From Hypanus sabinus (lineage: Eukaryota): a DNA stretch of 64,000 nt. The stretch spans positions 62,062,001 through 62,126,000 of the forward strand of contig NC_082721.1 in assembly GCF_030144855.1 (NCBI RefSeq). The letters are read 5' to 3'. Within the stretch, counting starts at the first letter, position 1, and each line of letters starts with the position of its first letter. The notes below the pieces were generated by a model that saw nothing but the letters and a program-made list of their open reading frames with translations, did not search any database and was not told the DNA's origin. Positions 1 to 11,735 of the stretch are shown piece after piece. The translations under genes and the position numbers were made by a program.

Positions 1-929
1 GAATGTCTGGCTTGCTGATGCTAATGCCTAGACAGTCAACAAGTGAATGTCGAAAAAAAGAGAGCTGGTAAACAACTGGGGCATTTCAGAAATTGAAAGC
101 AAAGTTATATCACACTAATATCTGAGCATGATTTGTAGGAGGGAATAGTAAGTTGATCATCCAGTAGGTTAAAAATATTGTGGGCCAAAGGACCTGCACT
201 GTGCTGTAATGTTCTATGATTGGATCTTGTTTTCGGAGAAAGGCACATAATTCCAATCCCAATATTATGGAAAGGAGTGCAGAAGTACATGACAGACAGG
301 CAAGGATGACACTGAGCAGTTGTACTGAGTAACAAAAAGGCAAGGGGATGATCTGCTAGAGGGGAGATACCCAAGAGATGAAAGAAAAGTTTCTACTTAA
401 GTGAGAAATATAAAGCCAAGTTCGAAGTATTGCTTAATCAAATTGGGATTTCAAGAGAAACATCTTCAGTTTTGGGGAGATTAGAAATTAGAACTTCATG
501 CTACAAGGAAGTGGGAAGCAGAATAAAGAGGTGCATCTAAGAGGAAGAGAATTTCCTTACCCCTCACTTCCCCTCTCCTGGAGTTCCAAACTAGACATTA
601 TCAGTCACTAGAAGACCCATTAGATGTGGTCCTTAATTAAGGACATTACTACACATTGAATGATCAATGCCTCACACCTGAGAAGTGGGCAACTTCCAGT
701 GCGAAGAAATATAGATATTCAGCATATTTAGCTCCTCAAATATTCCACTGGGCAAAGCCATTCCATCTCACAATCTTGCAACGAAGACGACAAAGAAAAC
801 TAAAAAACTGCTCTGTCTCATTGGCTCAACAAATAAAGACAGATCAGTGAATTGTCAGTGACAGATACTTGGGCTCTGGGGAGATTGGTGGGGATGGTTA
901 GGTTTGCAAGGTCTGTTAGTTATCAGTGA

Positions 930-1246
930 ATTATCACGTACAAGGTGATAACAGACAGTGGATTTCTAGAGATTTTTCCCAGGCCAATGCAAAGGGGCAT
1001 CATTTTGAGGTGATGAGAGAAATGTATTGGGAGGATATCAGAAGTAGATGTGGTTTTATTCACACAGAGTGGTGGTAGAGACAGATACATTAGGGACATT
1101 TAAGAAATTCTGAGACAGGCACATGGATGATGGAAAATGAAGGGCCAGGTAAGAGGGACGGGCTAGAATGATCTTGAAACAGGTTAAAAGGTCAGCACAG
1201 CATGATGGGCTGAAGGGCCTGTTCTGTGTTGTAATGTTCTATGTTC
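930..1246 (+). mobile_element. Degraded CR1-clade LINE 3' end
   Basis: Remnants of the FTQRVV...FKRxLDRHM coding end, then 3' UTR gggctgaagggcctgttctgtgttgtaatgttctatgttcta. Confidence 0.75.
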
Positions 1247-1248
1247 TA

Positions 1249-1695
1249 CACTCAGAGGCCACTTTATTAGGTACACCAATCATGTGGCAGCAACTCAATA
1301 CATAAAAAACATGCAGATATGGTCAAGAGGTCCCAGTTGTTGTTCAGATCAAACATCAGAATGAGGAAGAAATGTGATTTAAGTGACTTTCACTGTGGAA
1401 TGATTGTCTGCGTCAGATGGGGTGGTTTGAGTATCTCAGAAACTGCTGATCTCCTGGGATTTTCACACACAACAGTCTCTAGAGTTTGCAGAGAGTGGTG
1501 AGAAAAACATCAGATGAGTGGCATTTCAGTGGGTGTTAATAAGAGAGAAGAGGAGAATGGCCAGACCGGTTCAAGCTGACAGGCAGGAGACAGTAACTGA
1601 AATAACCACGCATCACAACAGTGGTGTGCAGAAGAGTACCTCTGACCACACAACATGGCGATTCTTCAGTGGATGGGCTACAGAAGAAGACCACA
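1249..1695 (+). mobile_element. Tc1/mariner remnant (left TIR plus transposase N-terminal HTH)
   Basis: TA followed by CACTCAGAGGCCACTTTATTAGGTACAC TIR. ORF 1319-1501 contains MRKKCDLSDFHCGMIV...SISETADLLGFSHTTVSRVCREW, typical of a Tc1 paired-like HTH. Confidence 0.8.
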
Positions 1696-3424
1696 CTGGT
1701 GATGATAACTGTAAAAGGCTTCCTCCAGGTGTGATCCTCCGTTGCTGGTGTTATTCTGCCAGGTATTGTGGGCATGCTAAATTGGACTGCAATGTGTTGC
1801 AATACTTGTGGGCTGCCCCCAGCACATCCTTGGGGGTGTTGGTTGTTAACACAAATGACACATTTCACTGTATACTTTGATGCACACATGAGAAGTAAAT
1901 ATGAATCTGAATCTGACTAGAAAATGTCTAATCCTGGTCATGAGCTACAAAAAGAAATTATGTCTCAAGCCATCTCACTGCTCGTCGCTGACAGAAAACA
2001 AGCGGGTCAAATCCTCCCTAAAGTTACAAAGTTGTAAGAGTAAACATTGGACAAAATACTAAGGGCATCACAAGCCAAATGGGAGAACAGCTATCATTCT
2101 GGGGAATTAAATTATAAAATGACAAAATGCCTTGAACAACAAGGCAATATTAAAAGAAAATTTAACTTTTTATGTTTCAGAAAACCTTTTGCATTCAGCC
2201 ACATTTTTAAAAAAATAACATACAAAATGTATAATAAAAAGTCAGGAAGTCTTGCTACAGTTATCTTAGGTGCTGATGAGATCACACCTGGGAGTACAAC
2301 ATTAAGCTTTGAAACTGGTTACACTGAAGGAGATTCACTAGGTTGAGTCTTGGGGATAAATGGGTCGTAAGGGTTGAGCAGGTTGGCTCTGCAGTCATTG
2401 GAGTTTTAAAGAATAAGTCATGATCGTATTACAACTTGCAGGATTGTGATGGGACTTGAAAAGGTTGCTGCTCAGAGTAGGTATCCCTTATGGGGAAAAT
2501 ATAGAATAATGAATCTACTTAAAATGGAAACAAGGAGGAATTTCTTCTGAGGATTGTGAATTGATAGAATTCTGAGAAGCCAGAGCCTTGGATTACAATT
2601 GAGTCAAGATGGAAAGTAAATGGATATTAAGGGACTTGAGGATCAAGGTGAACAGAGTAATCTTTTTGAATGACAGAACAGACTCAGGGGCAAATTGGGG
2701 ACTCCTGCTACTTTTCCTCATTTTCCTAAATCTCATGCTCAACTTTCTGCAAATAAAGTATTTCACTGAAATAAGTTCACTAAACCTAGGCTTTCTTTTT
2801 GCTTTTAAAGATAAAATCTGTTGCACGAGGGCAGTGAAACATTAATGTCCAAGTCAACCGAGCACAACATTCTCACCAAGTCACTCACACGCATCGTGCG
2901 CAAAACCAACATTGACTACAAGGCTGGTCAAAAGGGAATGAATGATGGCGCTCAGCAGAACATCACTTCCAAGCCCCTACCCAAATACGCCATGAGTCAA
3001 GGCATCTCTGCTGCCAGACAGCTGGCCTTCAATGAACAGACACGGCAAAAGGAACACAAGACTCACACCAGCTGCAGGGAACCTCACTCTTCACGAGTGT
3101 AAAAAAGCTGGCTGTGTGGAAGATGGAGGAACTGTTGAGGCTGAATCTCCATAACATAAAGGTACAAGGAGCAGAGAGTTCATCAGAGTCTCCACCAACT
3201 CTATTCCCATTCCTATTTGGGAAACAACTCGTGCAGCCTAAATTCACCATGCAGTCTTCTTCTGCTTTTTGGACAGGTATGAGAAAGTTCACAGTTCCTC
3301 TTCCCTCAGTAACTTGTTGCTGAACAGGATGAAGGAAAATACAAAGGTCTGACTATTCCCTTGCTATACAAGTAATTCATGTAAATCACCCTGAATAGCC
3401 CAGACATTGTATGCGGCAAATGAA

Positions 3425-3770
3425 ATAGAGCATTGAAAGTACAGCACAGAAACCCTTTGGCACACAACTTTGTGTTTAACTAGTACATATAGGTCTAACC
3501 AAACTAGACCTGTCTTCCTACACAATGTCCACATCTCTCCACTGTCTGCACATTGTTGCACCTTAAATGCCTCTATAGTACTTACCTCCACCACCACCCT
3601 TGACAGTGCATTCCAGACATCCATCACTCTGGGGGAAAAAGAACTTGCCCTGCACATGTCCTTTGAAATTATCCCCTCATCTTAAATGCATGCCCTCTAG
3701 TATTGGAAATTTCAACCTTAACGTAAAAGATGTCAGACATCTATTCTATCTGTGCTTCTCTCAATCTTAT
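3425..3770 (-). mobile_element. Degraded CR1 LINE 3' fragment
   Basis: ORF 3364-3657 contains SPRVMDVWNALSRVVVEVSTIEAFK, the CR1 ORF2 C-terminus. Confidence 0.7.
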
Positions 3771-4477
3771 AAATTCAGAGTAACATCTGCCAGCCTGATA
3801 GAACCAATGGGTCCAGAGCAGATTCAAAAAAAATCCCTTTTCCTTTCTTATGGAAACACCTCCTAGTCCTGTTACTGAAGAAAGTCCTTGTTGGGACAGT
3901 GTCAGCTTCAAACACAGAAGCGGAATCTCTTCCTACTACTGCTATCATGTTGCTTTCTTTTCCCTCAAGTTCCAATCATTCCCTCATAGAAGACTTCTGG
4001 CATACTGGCTTTCATTATTCAGGGCACTGAGTATAGAGGTTGGGATGTTACATCACAGTTGTACAAGATGATGGTGAGGCCACAGTTGGAATACTGTGTG
4101 CAGTTTTCAATACCCTGCAATGTGTCAAGTACAATACGGTTTGCAAACATCTGAAATCTTCATCCTATGGTCTTGACCCCAAAACCTCTTTAAAGCTTTG
4201 GAACGAAGACGGTAATTCTTCATTTACCTTCTACCCCTTTTCTCCAAAGCTTTTACTTTTTCCTTTGTAGAGGCAAGTTCAAGCCTCAATTAGACCACCT
4301 CACTTTGGTGACCTGGGTCACCTTCCATTGAAATGTGGACTCTTTCCCCGCTCGGCACCAAAAAAGAAGAGTCAATATGTCAAAAAATCCTTGGGATAGA
4401 GGAGACAAAGCAGGAGTTAGGAGGAGGGATTAAACCAAGGCAGAGCGCATCCTGAAAACATCTCCAATGGTGTAAAG

Positions 4478-4529
4478 CAGGGATTCCCAATCTGGGGTCC
4501 AAGAACATAACAAAAGTTGGGAACCCCTG
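4478..4529. mobile_element. 52-bp minimal hAT (Charlie-like) MITE
   Basis: TIRs CAGGGATTCCCAA and TTGGGAACCCCTG; 8-bp TSD-like flanks gtgtaaag and gtttaaaa (6/8 match). Confidence 0.7.
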
Positions 4530-4874
4530 GTTTAAAACACTAAGTTTGAAAGTCCAAAAACATCTGGTGTCACAAATTAGCCATTTCTTACATGACCACT
4601 TACCCCTTGGTTGTTTGGATTGTCCACACCAGGCTGCTGCCTCAGCTGATGTAAGTGTTCAGAAACATCCTTTAGCTTCTGGTTTATCTGAGAAGTGAGA
4701 ATGGGAAGCCAATGAGAAATGGTTGGGTAGGGAACGGAGGGGAGGAGAGGAAAGAGGGAAATAAAACATAAACTCTACATTAATTAGGTCAGAATCAGGA
4801 TTATTATCAATGACATATGTCGTGCATATTGTCAGTTTGCAGCAGTACAGTGCAAGACTTTTAAAAAATACAAT

Positions 4875-5455
4875 TCACAGTAACAAATGACAATGATGAG
4901 ACAGCCTACAGAGAGAAGGTGGAAGAGCTCGTGGCCTGATGCCAGGCAAATTACCTTTTCTCCATCATCAACAAGATAAAAGAGATGGTCATCAACTTCT
5001 GGGGCCCAAGCACCACTCACATTGCTCTTTACGTTGGCGGCATGGCCGGCAGTGGAAACTGCAAGCAGTTACAAATCCCTGGGAGTGCACACCTTGCACA
5101 ACCTCTCATTGTCACAGAACACATCCTCCAATCAGAAAAGCTCTGCTTTCTGAGGAGGCTGAAGAGAGCTGGTGCATGCACATCCATACTCACGACTTTC
5201 TACAGGTGCACAATAGAGTGCATCCTATCATGCTGTATCAGTGCACTGGACCGGACCGCGGTGCTCTACAATGGGTAGTCAAAACTGCCTTCCCACCATC
5301 AAAAACAAATACACAGAAAGATGCTGGGGAAGGATCCCACCCTCCCTGCTCAAGGACTGTTTGTCCCACTCCTATCAGGGACAAGGCCACATGGAATCCA
5401 TGTCAGGACCACCAGACTCAAAAACAGCTACCGTCTCCAAGTAGTAAGGCTGAAG
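4875..5455 (+). mobile_element. Rex1/Babar LINE RT C-terminal fragment, frameshifted
   Basis: DETAYREKVEELVAWCQAN..., LCFLRRLKRAG, FYRCTIECIL and RTTRLKNSY motifs spread across frames. Confidence 0.8.
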
Positions 5456-5745
5456 CCTAAATTCCTAAAACATTGTGTGTGTGTCTTCAGGCTCTTGTAC
5501 CTCCTTTAAGGTAGCAATGAGAAGAGGGCATGTCCTGGGTGGTGACAGTCATTAATGATGGATGCTGCCTTTCTGTGGCACTGCTTATTGATGGTATTCT
5601 AACAAGGCCCTCAATTGCTCCACAGACCAAACATCCATTGAACATTTTCCATGATTCTCACCTTTGAGGTGGTTGGGGGAGCTAGAATTCCAGAGGATCA
5701 TGACCCTTTAAAATGCTTCCTGTCTGTTATTTTCAATGATGAAAA

Positions 5746-6445
5746 TAGGAATAATGGTGCCTGAACTAGGAATAATGGTGCATAGTTCCCTGAAGGTGGA
5801 ATCTCATGCGGATAGGGTAGTGAAGAAAGTTTCTGGTGTGCTGGCCTTTATAAATCAGAGCATTGAGTATAGGAGTTGGGATGTAATGTTAAAATTGTAC
5901 AAGGCATTGGTACAGTTCTGGTCAACAAATTATAGGAAAGATGTCAACAAAATAGAGAGAGTACAGAGAAGATTTACTAGAATGTTACCTGGGTTTCTGC
6001 ACCTAAGTTACAGAGAAAGGTTGAACAAGTTAGGTCTTTATTCTTTGGAGCGTAGAATGTTGAGGGGGGACTTGACAGAGGTATTTAAAATAATGAGGGG
6101 GATAGATCGAGTTGATGTGGATAGGCTTTTTCTATTGAGAGTAGGGGAGATTCAAACAAGAGGACATGATTTGAGAGTTAGGGGGCAAAAGGTTAAGGGT
6201 AACACGAAGGGAAATTTCTTTACTCAGAGAGTGGTAGCTGTGTGGAACGAGCTTCCAGTAGAAGTGGTAGAGGCAGGTTTGGTATTGTCATTTAAAGTAA
6301 AATTGGATAGGTATATGGACAGGAAAGGAATGGAGGGTTATGGGCTGAGTGCAGGCCAGTGGGACTAGGTGAGAGTAAACGTCAGCACGGACTAGAAGGG
6401 CCGAGATGGCCTGTTTCCATGCTGTAATTGTTATATGTTATATGA
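5746..6445 (+). mobile_element. 5'-truncated, relatively young CR1-clade LINE (ORF2 C-terminus plus 3' UTR)
   Basis: ORF 5736-6368 with VQFWSTNYRKDVNKIERVQRRFTRMLPG...LERRMLRGDL...FFTQRVVAVWNELP; 3' UTR ends in a gttatat repeat tail. Confidence 0.92.
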
Positions 6446-7014
6446 GCAAGTCCTCTCAAATCTGGTATGATTATGTCCAGTTTCTATATAATCTTTGTAC
6501 AATATAAAAACCCAGGCACAGTGGCGTGGCCACTATGACTCTCAGCTTCAGCGGTCCATGTTCAGTCCTGACTTTAGATGTTGTATGGAGTTTGCGTGTT
6601 TTCCCTGAGACCACGTGAGCTGCCCCTGGGTGATGTGCTTTCTTCCTTCACTCACCACGTGGGTTGGTGAGTTCATTTCCTGCTGTTGCCGGGACTCAGG
6701 GGCCTAAGTTATGGAGAGAGGTTGAACAGGTTGGATATTCATTGAAGCACAGGAGATGAGAGGTGATATTACAGAGATATACATAGATTGGGTCAATGCA
6801 CACATACTTTTCACCCAAGGAAGGGGAATCAAAATCCAGAGGGCATAGGTTTAGGAAAGGAGAGAGATTTGACCTAAGCTTACCTGACAGGAAACTTTGC
6901 AAGTAAGTGGTCAAATGATCATGCTGTGAATTTACATTCTCATTCACCTTAATAATAATTTTTTAAGATCGACAGGCCCTCCGCTTCACAGCAGCCTCCT
7001 CGTGACAGCTCCAT

Positions 7015-7378
7015 GCCTGTACTTGCTGGAGTTTAGAAGAATGAGGAGAAATCTCATTGAACCCTCGAAACACTGAGAAGCCTAGATAGAGTGGAGGGTT
7101 TGTTTCCGGTAGTGGGAGGATCCAGAACCAGCGGGCACAGCCTCAGAATACAAAGATGTCCCTTTAGAGCAGAGGTGATGAAGGAGTTCTTTAGCTAGAA
7201 GGTTGTGAATCTATGTAGTTCATTGCCACAGTGCGCTGTACAAGCCAAATCATTGAATACGTTCAAGGGAAAGATTAATAGGTTCTTGATTGGTAAGAGG
7301 ATTAAGAGTTATAGGGATGAAAAATATAAGCCAATATTGAATGGCGGAGCAAATGGCCTAATTCTGCTTCTATGTCTC
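7015..7378 (+). mobile_element. Degraded CR1 LINE 3' fragment
   Basis: ctggagtttagaagaatgagg...ggcctaattctgcttctatgtc, matching other CR1 3' ends in the window. Confidence 0.75.
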
Positions 7379-7673
7379 AGTATTTTGCCAACTTCCCCCC
7401 AAACCCCATCTAACCCACACAGTGGTTGTCATCTCCAAGCTGTGACCACCTCTTAATCCCAAGCAGAACTACAGATGGCCTGTGTTTGACCATGGGCTGT
7501 ATGTAGAACAGAACAAACGTGGGCGATTTGTGCTGGGACACAAGCCTGCTCTCTGGTGGAGAACACAGCACTGGGCCTCACCTGCACGGTCTCTCAGGTC
7601 ATAAACAACGTCAATACTTCTAGCAGTACCGATGGTTACACCAGATCTTCCCATGGCTTTAAAAGTTTGTTAC

Positions 7674-7835
7674 CTTGTCAACCCAAAGCAGCAGCCTGAA
7701 TTCAGTGCTGGCCGGCACTGGTTTCGACGGGCTCAGGTTTGCGATCTCCTCTGTATCTGATGCCACCTTCGCCCCACTCAGCGTTTCCATCATGAAGGCA
7801 GCCATGAGTGCATCAATGACCGACAGATGTGCACC
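7674..7835 (-). CDS. CAMSAP3: Internal coding exon (exon-3 equivalent) of a CAMSAP family microtubule minus-end binding protein, most similar to CAMSAP3
   Basis: Translates to GAHLSVIDALMAAFMMETLSGAKVASDTEEIANLSPSKPVPASTEFRLLLWVDK (54 aa, 162 nt). Resembles CAMSAP3 GAHLAVIDALMAAF...LLFWVD and, as I recall it, the length of the CAMSAP1/2 exon SAHxAMxDxLMMAY...WINK. Acceptor ctttgcttctgcccacag (AG at 7837-7836), donor AAG|gtaaca (GT at 7673-7672), phase 0 at both ends. The paralog assignment is from recall, not a search. Confidence 0.9.
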
Positions 7836-8451
7836 CTGTGGGCAGAAGCAAAGATCCACATTATCCCACTGAAGCCAAGAGGTCTGCCACGCACAGCGAA
7901 TACAGACACATCACTCAACTTTCACGATTCAACATCGGCAATCTTCAGTCCGCACGTGTAGAGGACGACAAAACAATTGTTAGTCCCGATCTGACACAAC
8001 ATAAAAAAATACACACACAATACGCATAAAGAACAGAATTTAAAAAAGAGAAGGTACTATAATAAAAGCAAAGCTATAAAACAGAATGAACAAGTAACTG
8101 AGTTGGTTGCTTATACACAAGATTAACATACTGTACAGAGACTGATTGTACTGTATGTCCATAAAGTGACACTAGGTACAGGGGCATCTGATCATAAAGT
8201 GACTGACAGGAAACTATAAAGTGACAAAGTGACTCTTAAGAGGAACTCTTCTATTTAACAGGGCTTATGAAAACACAGTTCACTACAGGGCGTGATAAAG
8301 CACAAGAAACATCCTGATTTGGAACAGAGCTCGCAGAAGAGTACACAGAACAGCAAAGTCAAACTCTGAATCAGCCCGAACAGCGATAAAACCAAAGAGG
8401 AAAATTTCACACTGAGATCTACACACTGGGCAATTTTCGGTCGAGACCCAA

Positions 8452-8700
8452 GAGGTTCTGCAGATGTTGGAAATCCTGAGCAACACACAAAATGCTGGAA
8501 GAATGGCCTTCTGATGGATGGTTTCGGCCCAAAGCATTACCTGCCAGTTTGTACTACTCTCCCTCCTCTCACCTTCTCATTCTGGCTTCGCCCTCCCTCT
8601 TTCTTTCCAGTCCTGATGAAGAGCCTCGACCCAAAACGTAAACTGTTCAATTCCCCCCAGAGGTGCTGCCTGACCTGCTGACCATTATTTTGTCTGTGTC
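8452..8700. mobile_element. Penelope-type short element, inverted pair, with degenerate hammerhead-like motif
   Basis: Minus-strand tail gcagatgttggaaatcc...acacacaaaatgctgga, then plus-strand cagtcCTGATGAagagcctcgacccAAAAcgtaaactg...gctgcctgacctgctg. Confidence 0.7.
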
Positions 8701-9354
8701 AAGCAATCTTCAACAGTATCTTTAATTCAGTACTGTAGATGATGAAATGTTGGGCATTTTACCTCAGCACCAAGCCTTCTCTACTCTGTCACTCCCACAC
8801 ACTGCGCCCAACTACACATACACACAGAAACCATTGCATTCAAGTCACCCACAAGCATCAGACAAACCCATCATCCCCAGATGCACACTCGCCTCATTTC
8901 CCCCCAAAACCCTACAACTATTAGCCAAGCCAGCCACCACCATCGCATGTGGTCTGCTGTGAAGGAAATTCAAACCTCCTGCCTAATGGTATATGTGAGA
9001 GGATGGCATGGCCTGGATGGTAGACTTCTTTGATGATGGATGTTGCCTCCTTTAGATACTACAGTTGGTGAGAAGGGATGTGACCATGGGAATTGGTTAA
9101 ATAACTGAGTGGTGTAACTCTCAAAAGGACCCAAGTATGATCCTCATATCCACAATTTCAAACAATTTGCCACCCACATAGAGATGGAAAGCTTTCAGCC
9201 CCTGAGAGGGGGTGGTCACGGAGGGTGGGTGGGATATAGGAGCCGGGGGGAGGGGGCGCGGTTTACAGAGGTATAGGTGAGTGTAGAGGCCTGAAGTGGT
9301 TTCAGAGATGGGGATGGCTGTAGGGGACAGAAGTGCTTACAGAGATGAGAAGCA

Positions 9355-10790
9355 AATTCAGAAATCAGAGATGCAAAAGGAATAATCCTCTTGCAAGATT
9401 CCTGAAAGATTAACTTACAGGTTGAGCCTGCGTAAGGAAGGTGACTACAATGTGAGCATTCATTTTAAGAGGATTAGAATATCAAAGCAAGGATATAATG
9501 TCGAGGCTTTATAAGGCACTGGTCAGACCACACGGAGCATTGAGAGAAGTTTTGGCCTCTTATCTAAGGAGAAATATGCTCTCATTGGAGAGGGTCCAGG
9601 AGTTCATGAGAAAGAAAAGGTTAATATATGAGGAGTGGTTGATGGCTCTGGGCCTATATTTGCTGGAGGAATGGTCTCCTGATGAATGGTTTAGAACAGA
9701 GGTCGGCAACCTGCGGCTCCAGAGCCACATGCGGCTCTTTGATCTCTGTGATGCGGCTCCCCGTGGTTTGTTAGCTTTTGAAATGTAATTCGAAATTTGA
9801 AGATTATGGTGATCTTGTACAATATGAAAACTTTGCGGAGACACCGTTTCCTGGCACATCCGAACCGGCTCACAATTAGCCACCGTTCCGACTAAGGGAG
9901 ATAGCCTACGGGGGTTTGTGAGTACGTGTCTTTTGGAGCATCCGTGCCCACGGGGACGGGTTGAGGGAGGCTTTAAAGCAAGGCTGTTTAGTTCGAATAA
10001 AGTTACCTTTGACTGCAGTCTTTATTTTAGCGCTGCGTGTAGCGCTACACCACTACAACGTGTTTTTATATCGCTATTAATATACATCACAACTGCCAAT
10101 GCCTGACACCCGCCAGTGCGCGCATTCTTTTAATTCTTCGATCCAAGGTAGGCTACCTACGGAGTAACCTTCAACCCAACGTCTTTTTTTCGGAGTTCAA
10201 AATGTTTTTGTTGCATGCAGAAATGTAATTTCGTTTTCTCTGCAGGAGTTCATCAATTTCATAAATGCAACACATTATAGTTTGTTTATACATAGCATAA
10301 AGGCAAAAAAAAACCGTTGTATGCAGTGTTATTTCATTTTGTGGCTCCCAGTGTTTTCTTTTCTGTGGGAAATGGGTCCATATTGGCTCTTTTAGTGGTA
10401 AACGTTGCCGACCCCTAGTTTAGAAGAATGAGGGAAGATATCACTTAAACCTACCAAATATTGAAAGGCCTGGATAGACTGGACATGCACAGGATGTTTC
10501 CTATACTGGGGGAGTCTAGGACCAGAGAGCACAGCCTCAGGATAGAAGGGTGTCCCTTCAGAACAGAGAGGAGGAATTTCCTTAGCCAGAGAGTGCTGAA
10601 TCTGTGGAATTCATGGCTGTGGAGGCTAAGTCATTGGGTATATTTAAAGTGGAAGTCAATAGGTTCTTGTTTAGTGAGGGTGTCAAAGTTATGGGGAGAA
10701 GGCAGGAGAATGGAGTTGAGGGATAATAAATCAGCCACGGTGGAATGGTGGCACAAATTTGATTGGCTGAATGGCCTAATTCTCTTTCTA
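9355..10790 (+). mobile_element. CR1 LINE 3' fragment interrupted by a hAT element
   Basis: ORFs 9498-9788 (RLYKALVRPH...SLERVQ) and 10461-10814 (KGLDRLDMHRMFP...QRVLNLWNS) join across the insertion at gtttagaa. Confidence 0.85.
9697..10417. mobile_element. Non-autonomous hAT (Charlie-like) DNA transposon, 721 bp
   Basis: TIRs CAGAGGTCGGCAAC and GTTGCCGACCCCTA (12/14); perfect 8-bp TSD gtttagaa at 9689-9696 and 10418-10425. Confidence 0.92.
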
Positions 10791-10819
10791 AGTCAAAAAG
10801 GGCAAGAGGAGTGAACACA

Positions 10820-11172
10820 CACCAGTGCTCATTGAAGTATCAGAAGTGGAAAGAGTGAACAATTTCAAGTTCCTGGTGTCAATATCTCTGTGGGTCTATC
10901 CCAGACTATTGATCTATTGATCCAGCAATAAGAGGCACATCAACAGCTAGATTTAATTATGAGTTTGACAAGATTTGGTATCTCACCAGAAACACTTGCA
11001 AATTTCTACAGATGTAGCATTCTGACTGGCTGTATCACTGTTCGGTATGGTGGTGGGTGGCTTCTGCACATGATTGAAATAAGCTGCACAGAGCTGTAAA
11101 TTCAGTCAGCTCCATCATGGGTCCTCCATAGTATCGAGGACATCTTCAAAGAGTGGTGCCTCAAAAAGGCAG
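10820..11172 (+). mobile_element. Rex1/Babar LINE fragment
   Basis: gaagtggaaagagtgaacaatttcaagttcctgg...gcaaatttctacagatgta, homologous to 21420-21965 and 41372-42236. Confidence 0.75.
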
Positions 11173-11254
11173 AAGATGTAAAAGAGATAGGAAGGGATGT
11201 AGGGATGATAGGGGGTCACAGCGACAAGGAAGGGAGTAGAGTCTGGAGAAGGCT

Positions 11255-11735
11255 ACTGTGACAGGGGGGTAGGGTCTAGAGGGAGTTACAGTGACAGGGT
11301 AGGGTGTAGGGTCTAGAGGGAGTTACCAGTGATAGGGAAGGATATAATGTCTGGAGAGGGTTACAGTGACAGGGGTTTAGGGTCTGGAGAGGGTTACAGT
11401 GACAGGGGTTTAGGGTCTGGAGAGGTTTACAGTGACAGGGTAGGGTGTAGGGTCTGGAGGGGATTACAGTGACAGGGGATTAGGGTCTGGAGGGGATTAC
11501 AGTGACAGGGTACGGTGTAGGGTCTGGAGAGGGTTACAGTGACAGGGTAGGGTGTAGGGTCTGGAGGGGGTTACAGTGACAGGGTAGGGTGTAGGGTCTG
11601 GAGGGGATTACAGTGACAGGGTAGGGTGTAGGGTCTGGAGGGGATTACAGTGACAGGGTAGGGTGTAGGGTCTGGAGGGGATTACAGTGACAGGGTAGGG
11701 TGTAGGGTCTGGAGGGGGTTACAGTGATAAGGGAG
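11255..11735 (+). repeat. G-rich minisatellite, ~37-bp unit (agggtagggtgtagggtctggaggggattacagtgac), ~13 copies, with degenerate flanks to ~11175 and ~11920
   Basis: Near-identical units read directly at 11500-11730; shorter variants (acaggggtttagggtctggagagggttacagtg) at 11369-11435. Confidence 0.95.

Noticed and set aside
780-850. gagacagagcag (ETEQ) on minus, resembling the CAMSAP3 EKTEQ segment of the next exon
   Set aside because: No suitable acceptor or donor, and the surrounding translation does not match.
3029-3322. Acceptor-like site (cctttgtattttccttcatcctgttcag on minus) followed by an open frame, or by NKLLREEEL-stop resembling an ER-retention C-terminus
   Set aside because: The phase-0 translation (QQVTEGRGTVNF...) shows no similarity to the next CAMSAP exon, and no other exons support a separate gene.
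11369-11490. ttaggg-containing units suggesting interstitial telomeric repeats
   Set aside because: TTAGGG occurs singly inside 32-37 bp minisatellite units, not as tandem hexamers.
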